64,000 nt of DNA from Peribolospora baueri (lineage: Eukaryota): positions 62,001 to 126,000 of the forward strand of contig JAMDHS010000001.1 in the NCBI GenBank assembly GCA_029717555.1, written 5' to 3'. This document shows positions 26,422 to 39,184 of this stretch, in pieces (the first letter of the stretch is position 1; every line of letters starts with the position of its first letter). The position numbers were made by a program, and so were the translations under genes. The notes below the pieces were generated by a model. That model ran no database searches. It was not told where the DNA came from and saw nothing but the letters and a program-made list of their open reading frames with translations.

Positions 26422-27690
26422 GGCTGGGAGACAAGACGGAGAATGGAGGGGAGTAGGGGCGGAGAGGAGGATGGCTGGCGGAGAGGATAGGACGGAATGC
26501 GTGGTAGGGGGCGATGGAGGGAGAAGAGGAGCGGGAGAGGATGGAGGGATGGCTAGGTGGGTAGAGGAGAAGGAGGGGAAGACGGAGGCGCAAACGGCCA
26601 TCTTTTATACGTCGTCCTCGCCAGTCAACGCATTCATTCATCCATCCATCCACATCCATCCATCCACCATCAATGCGGGGTAGCGGAGGCGGGGGAGCAT
26701 CCGCGGACACAGTCGATACACACGGACCAGATGAGCCGGATGTCGCTTTGCGCTCGATTTACTTATTAAGCCCAGCCAGCGCAAGCCAAAGCGGTTACTA
26801 CCTGTCCAAGTACGATCAGCGGCCGCTTGTCCGGCGAAAAAGGCTCCGCTGGTTCGAGCAGGGCCTGGATGGAGGACGAACAAGCACACGTCGTCGCGGC
26901 GTCTGTGGGCGTCTTCTTGGCGGTGCGTATGTACACACGCTGACGCAGGCACCCGTTCCTACACCGGTGATCTCAGACAGACGACACAGGATGCCCGCCG
27001 TCGGGGCACCGTAGACGGCCGAGTGCACTCGTTCATTGGCGTACATCTCGCCGTCTCTCTCCCGCAATGGGGTGGCCACTGATGCTATCTCGACGACGTC
27101 CCCAGTGCGGCCTGTCATCTCGTGCAGATGCGCATGTGGCTCGGACAAACTCGACGCTGCTGGGCGAGGTGCTGGGCGGGGAGGGAGACGGGAGAAGGGC
27201 GGAGGGGAAACCATGCGGGGGAGGGAAAAGGACATGCAGCGGCTAGGGAGAGCGGCGCAGGCGGAGATGGAGGCAAAGAGTGGTGAGTGACATCGAAGTG
27301 CTCAATCCATCCGTGGACGGTAACGAATTGCCGTCTCGATCCTTTACTGTGCTCGGGTAATGTGATCTCGAGCCAGCGACGCTTTGTTTCGGATAAGCGA
27401 CAATAGTGCCAGATCCCGCCCTCGTCTCTCCGCCCGTTTCCGCTTCCATGTCCCTTTTCTTCCGTCACCTCCAGGGCGGGGCCCCAGATCATCCGCAGAC
27501 GGACCGGACTCGGCGAGCGGGCGTGGACGGAATCGATGGAACTGCCAGGCCTCCCTCGTCACCCTTCTTCTCTCTGCTTGCGCATCTCTATGCTGACGTA
27601 CTCGTCACCCCAGGTCAATCACAGCCCGAGCATCTTCACCTCCGTCCCAATGTCGCAAAGCCAGCTAGCCACAGGAGCGAAAGGAAGGGT

Positions 27691-27731
27691 TGGATGGAGG
27701 ATGGAGGATGGAGGATGGAGGATGGAGGATG
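27691..27731. repeat. (GGATGGA)n heptamer tandem repeat
   Basis: Seen directly. Confidence 0.85.
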
Positions 27732-28312
27732 GGTCAAGTAAATGGCTCTGGGAAAGCCATGATCACCCGTGCCAAGTCCACCGTACCTTATGCACCTGTT
27801 CCGTCAAGTCTTATCTCGCCGTCGCTCGCTTCCAAGTCACCGGACGACGCAGAGGCGGCGCTTGCGACGAAGAGGCGCGCCCTACGCCGCCTGCGCAGAC
27901 CGCGCTCGCTGGGGAGGCTCGGCGGCGGGGGGCAGCACCGGGTCGAAAACGAGGGCCGAACGACATGGGTCTGGATTCGGACCCACGTCGTCGGGCACCC
28001 ATTGACCTCCCACTATGCGGCCCGTTGGCGGAGATGTCGGCCTCTACGGTGTCCGGTGTCCCGGACCTATGGAAGGTCACAAGAGGCTCCAAGGGCTCGG
28101 CAGCGGAGACGGTGACGGCGAGCTCCGTCGTGCTCTGGGCCACGCACGACCAAGCAAAAGAACGTTTCCGAAAAGGGGAGCTCACGGAGAGACGCTATCA
28201 AGCCAGGCGGAACGACAACTTCCTCCCTGCATTCCGGTCGCTCGCGCCTCAAATAAATACATTACTCGAGCTACGCGTCGCAGCCCACGCCTCTGAACGT
28301 CCGCCCCGGCTT

Positions 28313-31300
28313 CTACATCTCCTGCTTCGCCGCGCGGAACATCTCCTCGATCGCGCCGATCGCCGCCGCCAGATCGCCCTCGGACCGGTCCGTGGCTCTG
28401 ATCGCCTCGGCGTAATACTTGAGCTACACGATTCGGCGAGACACACACGACCGTGCATTCGAGTCAGCCCCGCCCTCCTCTCCCACACACTCCTTCTGAT
28501 TCTCTCCGCCGAGACGAATGTGACGACGTCCACGCACCTTCGGTTCCGTCCCACTGGTACGAAGGGTCAGGACATACTCGGGCCCTGCCCGCTCGCCTTC
28601 CTCGGCGAGGGTGAAGGTGATCATATGGCTCGACGGGTCGACCATGAGTATCGGCTTCTTGTCCGGCTTGGACGAGTCGTAGCCGACGGTCAGATCCCGC
28701 ACCGCCGTCACGCGCAGGGGTCCGAGGTGGGAAGGGTAGCGAAGGGCACCAGCGGAATCCGACGACACCTTGGCGTTTTCCTTGTGGACGACGACGACGA
28801 CGTCGACGAGAACGCGGGCGCGAAGATTCAGCACAGCTCTCGGGGATTGGACATACTCCCCATACACTCATCCTACCCTCACGCTCCACTCACCGCTCCC
28901 TCGCCGTAGCGAAGTCGTCTGAACATCTTATCGAACACCTTGGGATCGTGAGAAACGAAATAGGAGTTGTTCGTCACGTGTCTTCCGTACCTGCTCCGAA
29001 AAGAGCGGGCGCCGCGCAGGGGGCGCAAGGACCAAAGGTAAGCGCTCCGTGCCCTCCTGGAGGTCAGCCAGACGCTGATCGTAACTCACTTGTCGTACAT
29101 CTCCCCCAACAGCCCCACCAGCGTCCCGCCACGCTCGTGCGTCTCGTTGACGAGCTCGACGAAGTTGGCGAGCGCCGTCACGCCATCCTTGTCGTAGACG
29201 GGAATAACCAACTCCACTCCGTCCGCCCTCTCGCCGCGGTCCGACGTGGACTCGCTCAGAGATCCAAGCATGTAGCCGATAGCTTCCTCGTAACCCAGGC
29301 CGACGAAGTAGTCACGCCCTTGCAGCGTCTTGGCCAGATTTCCGATCCACTGGACGTCCGCCGATGCGACAAGGAAAGGAAGGCGGGGCCGTGCCGGCCA
29401 AAGCGAGTCAACCGCAAAGCTTTCCCTGAGAGGCGAACACGAGGCGCTGCCGCGCAGAGACGTACCTTAAAACCAGTCAGGCATTCGTCCCAATGGAAGC
29501 CCTCCACTTTGGCCATGCTTTGGATGAGCTTGGACGACACGGTCGAGTTGATCATCGCGAGCTTCTCTGCATGTTCGTTTGCGAGTTTCAGATCGGCTGT
29601 CAGCGCCGCTGGAATTCATCCACCTCCGTTCAATCGAGCGTCGGGGATTGGTCATGGCTCACCCAACGGCCTTCCCGTCGCCTTGTACCCCTCGAAGACC
29701 CATTTTGCGAACAACGCGCCGATCTGATCGCCCGTAAAGACGTGCCAGCCGTCGCTGGAGGAGAGGGGAGGTTTCGCGCGAGTCACGCAAAACGAAAAAG
29801 ACGAGTGAGCCTCGGGCCACAATGTCATGCTCTCCTGTCTACAACCGCCCTCCCACCTGGTCCTCTCAGCCGCACAGAAACGATCGGCGTCTGGATCGTT
29901 GGCGAGGACGATGGACGCTCCGACCGCATCGGCTCGCTTCATCGCCAAATCCTATAGGCAAAGGAAGAGTGAACGTCGTGCGGTCAGATCACATATGAGT
30001 CGTGCCTTTTGTTCCCGGCGAGAACGGAGGCCGAATTAGTTCATGAAACAGGACCATCATCGCCTATGGCTTCCACCCACGACACCAACCAAAGCGCCCT
30101 TCTCTTCCGGGTTTGGAAATCGGACCGTCGGGAATTCGGCATCGGGCTCGCATTGCTCTTCCACTAACACGATCGGGCGATCGGCGTCGCTTGTCGCTTG
30201 GCGCCGCCCGAGGTGGTCGTAGCCGAAAGTTTGGAGGGCTCGCAGAGCGAAGGGCGTGCCGACGCCGTGCATGGCTGTGTAGACAAACCGAACACGTGAG
30301 GATGCGTTGCTGCTCCTAGAGAAGGCAAGCGGGCGTGGGCGGAAAGGCGAGGACGAACATGTTACGCGGCGTCAGAGATGCCTCATCAAAGATTTAAAAC
30401 CGTCAAAGATCGATCGTGCCATATCAAATGATGCGTCCTCCTCGTCTCCCACCTTCTCCTGGACATCTTTTCCACCTCTCGGAAGTAAGCGTCCTTCAGA
30501 TCCTCCGTCTTATCCACCCTCAACGCGCCCGTACGAGCGTGGGAGCAAGCCTCGTCCAAGCTGGAGAATGACTTGAGTTCTGGCTCGAGATGGGCGAGGA
30601 TGTGGTCGCGAATGTGGGCGTCGTGCGGGGGGATGATCTGCACTGCGTTCGACCAGTAGACCTGAGAATGAAGGCGGTGTCTTAGAAAACGCTGCAGCAA
30701 GGAGGCCCGACGTGTCCTTTGCACGATCCATCGCCTTACCTTGTACCCGTTGTCATCCTGTAACGTGACGACGCGACGAGAGACAAACGACACGCGCACA
30801 TGGTGAGGGGCCGCTATGAGCGTATGTGAACTCTCAAGGCGAGAATGCAGCGCACCTTTGGATTGTGGCTGGCGGTGATCATGATCCCCCCCGCGGCTCC
30901 GAGCTTGCCTACCGCGAAGGGCTTGAGAGGCGGCGAAGGCACGGATGAGACCGGCGTCATTTGAGTCCGATAGGCTGTATGAGCAACCAGGATCGGCCAT
31001 GCATCCACTCACCACCATGGGTGTATGAACGAGCCCCTCATACAAATAGACCCTAAATCCCCTGTCCATAAAAACGGCCGCCGTGATGTCCGCGAACCGG
31101 CGGCTGTGATGACGGTGGTCGTGCCCGACGACGATGCCCTTGGTGTGCGCTTGCGGGTCGCAGTGGAGCAAGTAGGCGGCTAGGCCTTGCGAGGACTGGA
31201 GGACGGTGAGGTCGTTCATACCCGAAGGACCTGGAGTCATGGACGCTCTGAGGCCTGAGGCGGAGGTGGACGAAGGCGAGGCCGTGAACGCGAAGCACGG

Positions 31301-31539
31301 ACGGGCAGCCATCAGCGCCGTGCTCGCCATACCATTGATCGCGTCCATTCTTCCAAAGTGACCTCCCCGACGCACTCACCGGCCGTTCCAAAAGAGATCC
31401 TGGGCCTCATCCTCTTCTCGAGCGTCTGCCTATCTCCCTTTGCGCGGAGCTCGGCCAACGCGCGCCGGTCGTCTGGGTTCGGATCCCATCTGAGCCACTG
31501 GTCGACGAGGTCGTCGAGGGAGGCGGTGTCTGAAGACAT
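28313..31539 (-). CDS. Alpha-D-phosphohexomutase, PGM2/Prm15 (phosphoglucomutase/phosphopentomutase) type
   Basis: [100 protein letters not shown]. Confidence 0.93.
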
Positions 31540-31716
31540 TCTGAACGTCGACGCGGACGAAATGGGTCGATGGCGTTGTTTCTAGGATCTGCTCTAGACC
31601 GGGTTTGGCGTAGGTCTACTCTACGTGCGCCAGTCTACGCTGTGCGAGGGCGAGGTGGATGGAGGACGTCTGCGAAGGTCGCTCGGGACGTCCGAGCACG
31701 TGGCACGAGAGGGGAC

Positions 31717-33238
31717 ATGATCGGCCGTGATCGGCAGATTACCGCAGCAAAAGAGGAGCGACGACCGCGCTCATGGAAGAAGGCGCAGTCCGGGGTTGTC
31801 GGCTTTGCCTCTGTGGCCCCCGGGAGACACGCCGACGAGATGACCGCGCGCCCGCACCACCCCGGCAACCTGCTACCGTCCATGAGGGCTAACTACGCGC
31901 AACACGGCGTGGAGGGGTACTACAACAAGGTGGCCGCTTCGTACGCGAACCCACATTATGAGGGCGTGCGGAGGTGTTTGTGGGAGTGGTTGTGCGTCTG
32001 GTGGGCGAGGGAAAGGGATGGAGAGGGAACGGGAGCAGTAGAGGGAGATGAGGAGGGAAGGCGGGCGGAGAGGGAGGTTAGGGTGGTAGATCTGGCCGCT
32101 GGAAGGTGAGTCGCATTCTCCGCTCGCCATGCGACTCGGAGGAGGGCGAGTCCGCTGAACGTACCACCGTCGTGTCACCATCCCTCTCAGCGGAGAGGTC
32201 ACCACGGTCCTTCTCGAATGGTGGCGCTCTGGCGTGCGCCGGTACGAGCTCGAGCGCGCTGGCGATCCGTCCACGTCTTCTCTCGCACAGGCGCCCGTCC
32301 CTATGCGACCGGCGTCCAGTGCCGGTGAGTCTCGAAGAATTCAGGCCGCGGACCCTCTGGCCGTTTTAAGGGCCGGCCGCGCCCCCCTGGCGCTGCCGAA
32401 CGAGAGACCAGCAGTGGTGCGGCCAACGCCCGCCGGCGCGAACGCCCGGCCGCCCGTAGCTCGACGAATACGTGACCCGACCGCGAGGACGGCGACGAGG
32501 ACGGCGACGAAGGAGCCACCGGCCGACCATCCCTCTACATCACGCCTCTCACCCGCTCCGCCCATCTCTCCCACCGCCCGACTCCGCCTCATAGCCACGG
32601 ACCCGTACACGGCGCCTGCATACGAGAAGCGAACGAGCCTGCGCTGCGAGCTCATCAGCTTTCGCGACGTGGCCGAGGGGAGACTTCCTGCGGTTCCGCG
32701 GGAGTCGGTGGACGGCGGCGGGGACGGGCCAGCAGAGTGGGAAGGAGACTCGGCGTACGACCTGACCATCTGCTCTTTCGCGCTCCACCTCGTGCCGCCG
32801 TCGGAGCTGTTCAGCGTGCTGTGGGCGCTGAGCGAGAGGACGAGGTGGCTCGTCGTCTTGGCGCCTCATAAGCGGCCCGAGGTGGGTTGTTCGTCGGCGT
32901 CCAGAAGCTAAGCGACCGACTTACCCTACTGCGAACCGTGCTCTCATTCATTCCGTTCGTTCATCATTTATTCGCAGATCAAACCCTCTTACGGCTTTGT
33001 CCGATACGACCTCTCCACCTGGTCTCCTCTATCCGACGCGGACTCGGCCTCTTCAAAAGCCTCTGCCGACGGTGCGGACGGGGAGGATGGAGATGGGGCT
33101 TCAGACGGGGACGTGGATGCGGAGGGTCGCTCGTCCTCGACCTCGTCGCCGCCGCTGCCGCCGCCGACGTCTGGGGCGGAGATTGTGCGGGAGAGAGTGC
33201 GGCTGCGTGTGTACAGGAGCGTGAACGTGGTGGATTGA
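31717..33238 (+). CDS. Uncharacterised class I SAM-dependent methyltransferase-like protein (3 exons)
   Basis: Motif I VVDLAAGSGE across the splice, ATDPYTAPAY, YDLTICSFALHL, LVVLAPHKRPEIK. The start could be 31717, 31840 or 31882. Confidence 0.75.
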
Positions 33239-34434
33239 TTTGGAAGACGGATCGTCTGATTTAATTTGATTTGGTTCCGCCCTGCGTCGGTCAGTCGGAT
33301 CGACGAATGAGAACGCCACCGTTTGCGCTGTCAGGGACGCAAGGTACGCAAAGGGAAAGGTTCTTCTGTCCGTCCGTGTCGCCGGCGTGTGGACGGGGCG
33401 GGAAATTCGGATGCGAGGGTTATCCGTGTGCGACGCTGGGGAGATCAGACGACTGATGAATTATTGCTGGTGGTGTCGTCCACCGAAACTACGGGATCGG
33501 AGTGCGAGACGGAGCAGGACAGAGGGGGATGGGCAGACGTGTGTCGAAAGCCAATTCTTCGAACACGACCGACGCGACGGGGGAAAAAACGACATGGGGA
33601 CTCGAGTCGACCGACTGATCCTCAAGGACACGGTAACCAGGCACGTATGCATGAATGTATATGTATATGTATGTACGTGGCGTTCATCCGCGACGACGCT
33701 CTCGTCATCGTCATCGTCATCGTCATCGTCGCCTTGACTGCTCGCGACGCACACACGATACACGATGTTTCGCTTCGCCCACGACGGTCGATACGGGTGC
33801 GCTAATAAATTCAAGGACCGAAGTGGGCGATATCTGATCAGAGTTGACGGGCGCGTACGGTCACGGAGGCGCGAGCCTGAGACGGAGAGAGACTTGAACG
33901 GGGGCACGCACGGCCCACGCGGTGGACAAGCCGTGCCGGGTTGGGCGGTCGTCTCGCCTTGCCGAACCTTGCGAGCTGTTCTCTTCTCTTCTCTGCCGTA
34001 GCTGCACGCTCTCCTAACTGAATCCTGACGAGGACGATGTGCTGATGCTGCTCACGGCGTGCACCTGCATTGCATGGAGGGTGCGTGCGAGATAACCGTG
34101 AGCTTTATCGCCGACGGCGGGCGAGTGGACAAGCGCGGACATGAGCGGGCGAGAAGGGGCGGGGGAGGCGGACGGGACACGGTCCGGGGCGAGGCATGCG
34201 CGTCCGGCTTTGGATTGGATTTGTTCGATGGGCCAGCCAGTTATTATTAGTTAGTGGCCAACGATGTGTCTGGTCACCTTGACCAGGACGGAACGGGCCC
34301 GGGCCGACTGCGGCAAGCCCCGATGCTTAGCGCCGGCCGGCCGTCGCTCAATCTCTCTATCGGCGGTACCTTGCTGCGGCTATGCGCGTGCCTGCTCTTC
34401 TTGCTCTGGAGCCAGCGTGGTCACGTCTTCAATC

Positions 34435-34465
<31 letters not shown>

Positions 34466-34691
34466 GCTGCCCGCTCGCTCGTCCAGGTTGCCGCGCTCGT
34501 CGTCGTCGCCATCCTTTTCTTCACTCCATTCCATTCGTCGCCACCATCGTCCCTCTCCATCCAACCACCACCACCACCACCCCACCGCCTTCCCCTTCGC
34601 CGCCTTCATCGCATATATTACCCACACCCCACATTCTCGGGTCCTTTTCCCCTCCTCCCCGCCGCTCACGATCACCCCTCCCATCTTGTAT

Positions 34692-37600
34692 ATGGCATTG
34701 CCCGCCGCCGTTCACCACCACCACCGCCATCTTCCCTCTTCCCCCGCCGCCAACCTGGACCTCAAGCCAAACACGCCCCAGCCCTCCTCCTCGCTTGCCG
34801 GCGACCCCAAAAAGGAGAGAAGGAGGTTCGTGCGCACCAGGGAGGGATGCTTCACGTGTAGATCACGCAAGTCAGTACTCGCACTTCCCCCCCCGTTTCC
34901 TCCGCATCCAGCCATCACTCAATCCGCCCCTCTCCCCCGGTCCTTCGCAGAAAAAAATGTAGCCTGGATCGGCCGACGTGCTCGTCATGCTACCGCCTCG
35001 GTCTCCAATGCGTCTTCCCTCCACAGCAGATCGTCGACGGCGTCCTTCGCACCGTCCGCCAGCCGAACAAGCGTCGAAGGCCGATCCTCGACGACGACCC
35101 CGATCAGCCAAGCTCCTCCGCCGCCCGAAGACGCAAGCGCACCGACTCCGTCTCGTCCGCCTTTTCCCCCTCCGATGACGACTCCGACGCTTCCGCGTCT
35201 CCCGCCCCGTCCCAACGCGAGCCCACCGCCGTCGACGCGTCGAACACGACCGACAACCACCTCTCTTCCCCCCTCATGGCCCCTCCTCCCTCCTCCCTCG
35301 ACCACGGCTCCACCTTTTTCTTCTCCTCCAGGCATGCTGCGCCGACGGCCACTCCCCCTCCTCCCCCGCTTCCTCACCCCCTTCCGTCGATGGACCCTGC
35401 CTTGGCCCAGCCCGACCGCTTGGACCGCACCTTGGCCCAGGCCCAGGCCCACCACTTCGTCCCTTCCGACATGGCCGACGCCGCCGCGCCTTTTGATACG
35501 GTCTCCTTCAGCGTCCACCACAGTCTGGCCGCATTTCCCGATCCCGGCGGTCGTCCAGATGCCGCCCCCGTCGCCGCCGCCCCTCCGTTCATGGTCCACC
35601 CCAGCGTCCACGCCTTCGACGACAACTCGGACGCTTGGAACGCTTTGAGCCACGACCATCGCGACTCGGCCGGCGTGCCTCAGACAATCCATGCCGGTCG
35701 CTCGGTGGCTCCTACGACGACGACTACATGGATGTCGTCGTCGTCCTCCTCCTCCTCCGCTGCCGCTCCGTCCGTTTCCCCAACCCCCCTCGTTCCCGTT
35801 TCGCCAGCCGGTCACCAGACCGCGCTCTCGAACAACATGGTCTACGGACCCTTTTCCCCCGTCGACCATCACCACAACCCTCTGTCCTCCCTGCCCGCTC
35901 AACTCGCCGTCACGATCGGTGCGACGGGCGGCTCGACGGAAGGATCGACGCAGGCGCACGTGGACGCGGTGGAAGCGTTCATGATGCTCTCCGCCGGCAA
36001 TGCTCTCCACCCATCCTCTGCCCAGTTGGCCGCTTTGCCAGCCCCACTGGCGGAGCCCGCCGCGGCCTCGGTACACCGTTCGGCACTCGACCATCCCGGC
36101 GCATCGAGCCTCTCCCACGCTCTGTCCCTTCACCCCTCCATTCCGCGCCCCATATCCCACCTGGGCCTCGGCGGCGGCAGCGTCCCGCACGCCGTCTCGC
36201 TCGACGCCGCCGTCGGCGCCCAGCTATCCTCGTACGCGCCCCTCCTCCAGGACTACTACCGGCGCAGGCTGGCCAAGATCGTGTCGGTTTGCTCGGACGA
36301 CCGGAGCAACGGCCTGCTCAGCGTCCTCGTTCCCATGGCCCAGCAGTCCCGCGTGCTCACCCAGGCCATTTTGGCTTGGTCCGCTGTCCATCTCGCCGCC
36401 AATGAGGGAGAGAGAAACCACACCATCGGATGGGACCCGCTCGCAGGAGGGCTCGGCTTGCCGATGTTGGGCGCGGATGCGGCGAAGCGTCTGCTCACGG
36501 ACACGTTGGCGCTCGACGGTCGGGCGGCAAGAGCAGGCGTTAGCGGTGATGGTAATGTTAGTGGTGATGGCGGTGGCGGCGGCGGCGTTGGTGGTGAGGA
36601 CGGAGCGTCGACCGTGGCGCCGGTGTGCGACCGACCTTGGGCGACGGTCGCGAAGCTACTGCTGCACAAGACGAGGATGTCGCTCAACGCCACGCTCAAG
36701 GACGACGTCGAGAGGGGAAGGGAGACCACTCTTGGGGCGCTCGTCGTCGTCTCCGAGATTGAGGTGAGCCGACGGGGACGGGGAGGAAAAACGGGTGGGT
36801 GGCTTGAGGTCGTCCTGCCGTTCGCTTATGTACCAGTCCCGTCCCTATCCTCCGGTTTCGTCACCGCACGTCCCTACAGATCTGCAGAGGCAGCACGGCG
36901 GATTGGATCAAGCCGCTCCGCATAGCGTCAAAGGTGATCAAGCACCTCGGAGGCGTCAAGGCGCTCTCCAGGTCCGATTTCCGGTCGCTCTTCCTCAATT
37001 GGGTATATCATTCTATCATGGTGAGCACCCGCCAGCTCGAGTCGTTCGCCCGCTCAGGTCAGTCGAGCTTGGGGACGGTGCCGCTGACGGGTGCGCCCTC
37101 ACCTTTTTCTTCAGTCCTCCTCTGCGCCGCTCGACGACCCCGGCATCGGACAGGAGGAGTGTGAGGCGCTGCTGGAGATGGGAGGCGAGATGGACACGTA
37201 CATGGGCTACTGCACGCCACTGTTCGCGGTGAGTTCGCCTTCGCGGCCTCGTAGTTGTGCTGGATCGGAAGGTGGCTGTGTACGGTCGTTGCCGTCGCAC
37301 CGCGATTGACGTTTCCTGTCTCGTCTCCCTTAGATCATCGCTCAGATCTCCGCCGTGGCGCGACAGTCGGCGCAGCTCGCGTCCATTGTCGACCCGGACG
37401 AGCGAATTGCCCAACTCCGACGCATTGTCTCCCAAGCCGCCGTGCTCGAGGCACGCCTCGACGCTGCTTCTCCTCGCATCGGCTCTTCTTTTCCATCCTC
37501 CGCTTCCTCTTCGGCTTCGTCGTCGTCTGCGTCGTCGGTCGAGGAGCACGATCGGCCCTCGTCCTCGTCGTCCCGCTTCGTCGTCATTGACGACACTGGC

Positions 37601-38047
37601 GGCTCGAAGAACGGAACGTGCGCGAACGTTGAGGAGACTGACGGCAGCGACCCGCGCGCGTACCATTTCGCCGCGTTCCGCTGCTTCCGCCTCGCCGCGC
37701 GCCTCTACCTCCGCCAGGTGGTCTTGCGTGAGCGCTCCAGTTCGGTCGCTTCGCAGCTGCTCGCCTCGGAACTCGTCCGCTCCGCCATCCCGTCCGTCAC
37801 CGGTACGCCGGCCGAATCGGCCCTGCTGTTCCCGCTCTTCGTGGCGGGCGTGGACGCGTGCTCGGTTGGGGAGAGAGCGGAATTGCGGGCGCGGTTAGAA
37901 AACCTACACCGGACGTGCGGCATCGACAACATCCGAACCGCTTGGCGCCTCCTCGAAGCTGTATGGGAGGCCAACGAGGAAGGGGAGAGATTTGTCGATT
38001 GGCCCGTCCTGGCGAGGAGGAGGGGATGGGTAGTCAGCTTTGCTTGA
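34692..38047 (+). CDS. Zn(II)2Cys6 transcription factor with a fungal-specific C-terminal domain
   Basis: After splicing, RTREGCFTCRSRKKKCSLDRPTCSSCYRLGLQC; C-terminal LLFPLFVAG...NIRTAWRLLEAVW...VDW. Confidence 0.92.
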
Positions 38048-39184
38048 GCGCCGCCGTGGATCTCTTCGCCTTCATACCTTGAGCATCGGATACGGACGTG
38101 GCCCGCGTCCACCGTCTTGCGATTCCGCCGCCTCCGCTCGCTTCCCGCCGTCTACACTCGCATCCTCGCCTTCCGTCTTCCTCTGTCGTCATCCGTGCCC
38201 CTCCTTCGGCCCATCCCTTGTGTTTCGGGTTAGGTTCAGCTCAGTCTTTACCATTCAGTTCTGTTCGATCTCGTCTCGTCTCGTCTCGCCGCGACTCAGC
38301 CGTCTCGTCTGCCTGCCACACCATTCGCCACCCTGTGTTTGTACGTCGTCCTCGTTCCCGCACCCGTCCGTCGGTCTCCACAGTTCGCCTCCCTCCTCCG
38401 CAACTTGCTTTCTTTTCGCCGCCGCCTCTCTTCTTTTTTTTCGTCTTTTTTTCTCGTTTGAGCCATCTATCTCGCCGTTGTACGTGTATCGCCGCGCGCG
38501 TTCGAGCGCTAGCCTCGCCCGGGTCGTCGGGGTGTTCAAGTCGCAATTGGAGCTTTTCGAGCGTTTAGGGGTTTGAGCGGCGGCGTACCATTCATGAGGA
38601 CGGACGGAATGGTGGAAGCGGCGGGGTTTGATTTGCGCTCTTTCCTTGCCCAGTGGATGAGCACGATGGTTCGTCACAGCGAGTCCATGCTGCGCCTTGG
38701 GGGGTGTTACCTCGGCACGGCGGCGGGAATAGACGGCGATGCGCGCCCATATCCACTCGGCCGAGAAGACGAGATCGGCTGCGGCAGTCGGCGACGCGGG
38801 TCCGAATGTTCGACCGCCGGACAGGCACATGATACAAACGAGGAGAGGGAGGAGGCGACGTTGCAAGTCTAGTATAAGAAGGAGGAGGAAGGGAGGACGC
38901 AAGAGTGAATCTACGGTTAGACGACTAGCTTTTCGTTGTATCCTTTTCGAGCAAGGCGAGGCAAGGCAAGGCAAGGCAAGGCAGACTGAGCGCAGCGTAG
39001 CACAAGCTCATACGGGGCACGACACAGCGACGCGGAGCTCGAGTCGGTCGCACCGAACATCAATCAGCTCGACTCGACTCGACTCGACTTGCTTCGTCGT
39101 CCGTCGCCTTGCAACGTCCCCCGCTCGCTCTCCCCTCCCACTCGCTCGGTCGGTCGGTAGGTCGCTCGCTCGCTCTCGCGCAGC

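Noticed and set aside
27536..28909. 457-aa plus-strand ORF
   Set aside because: It is partly antisense to mutase exons, runs through a GGATGGA microsatellite and has no domain
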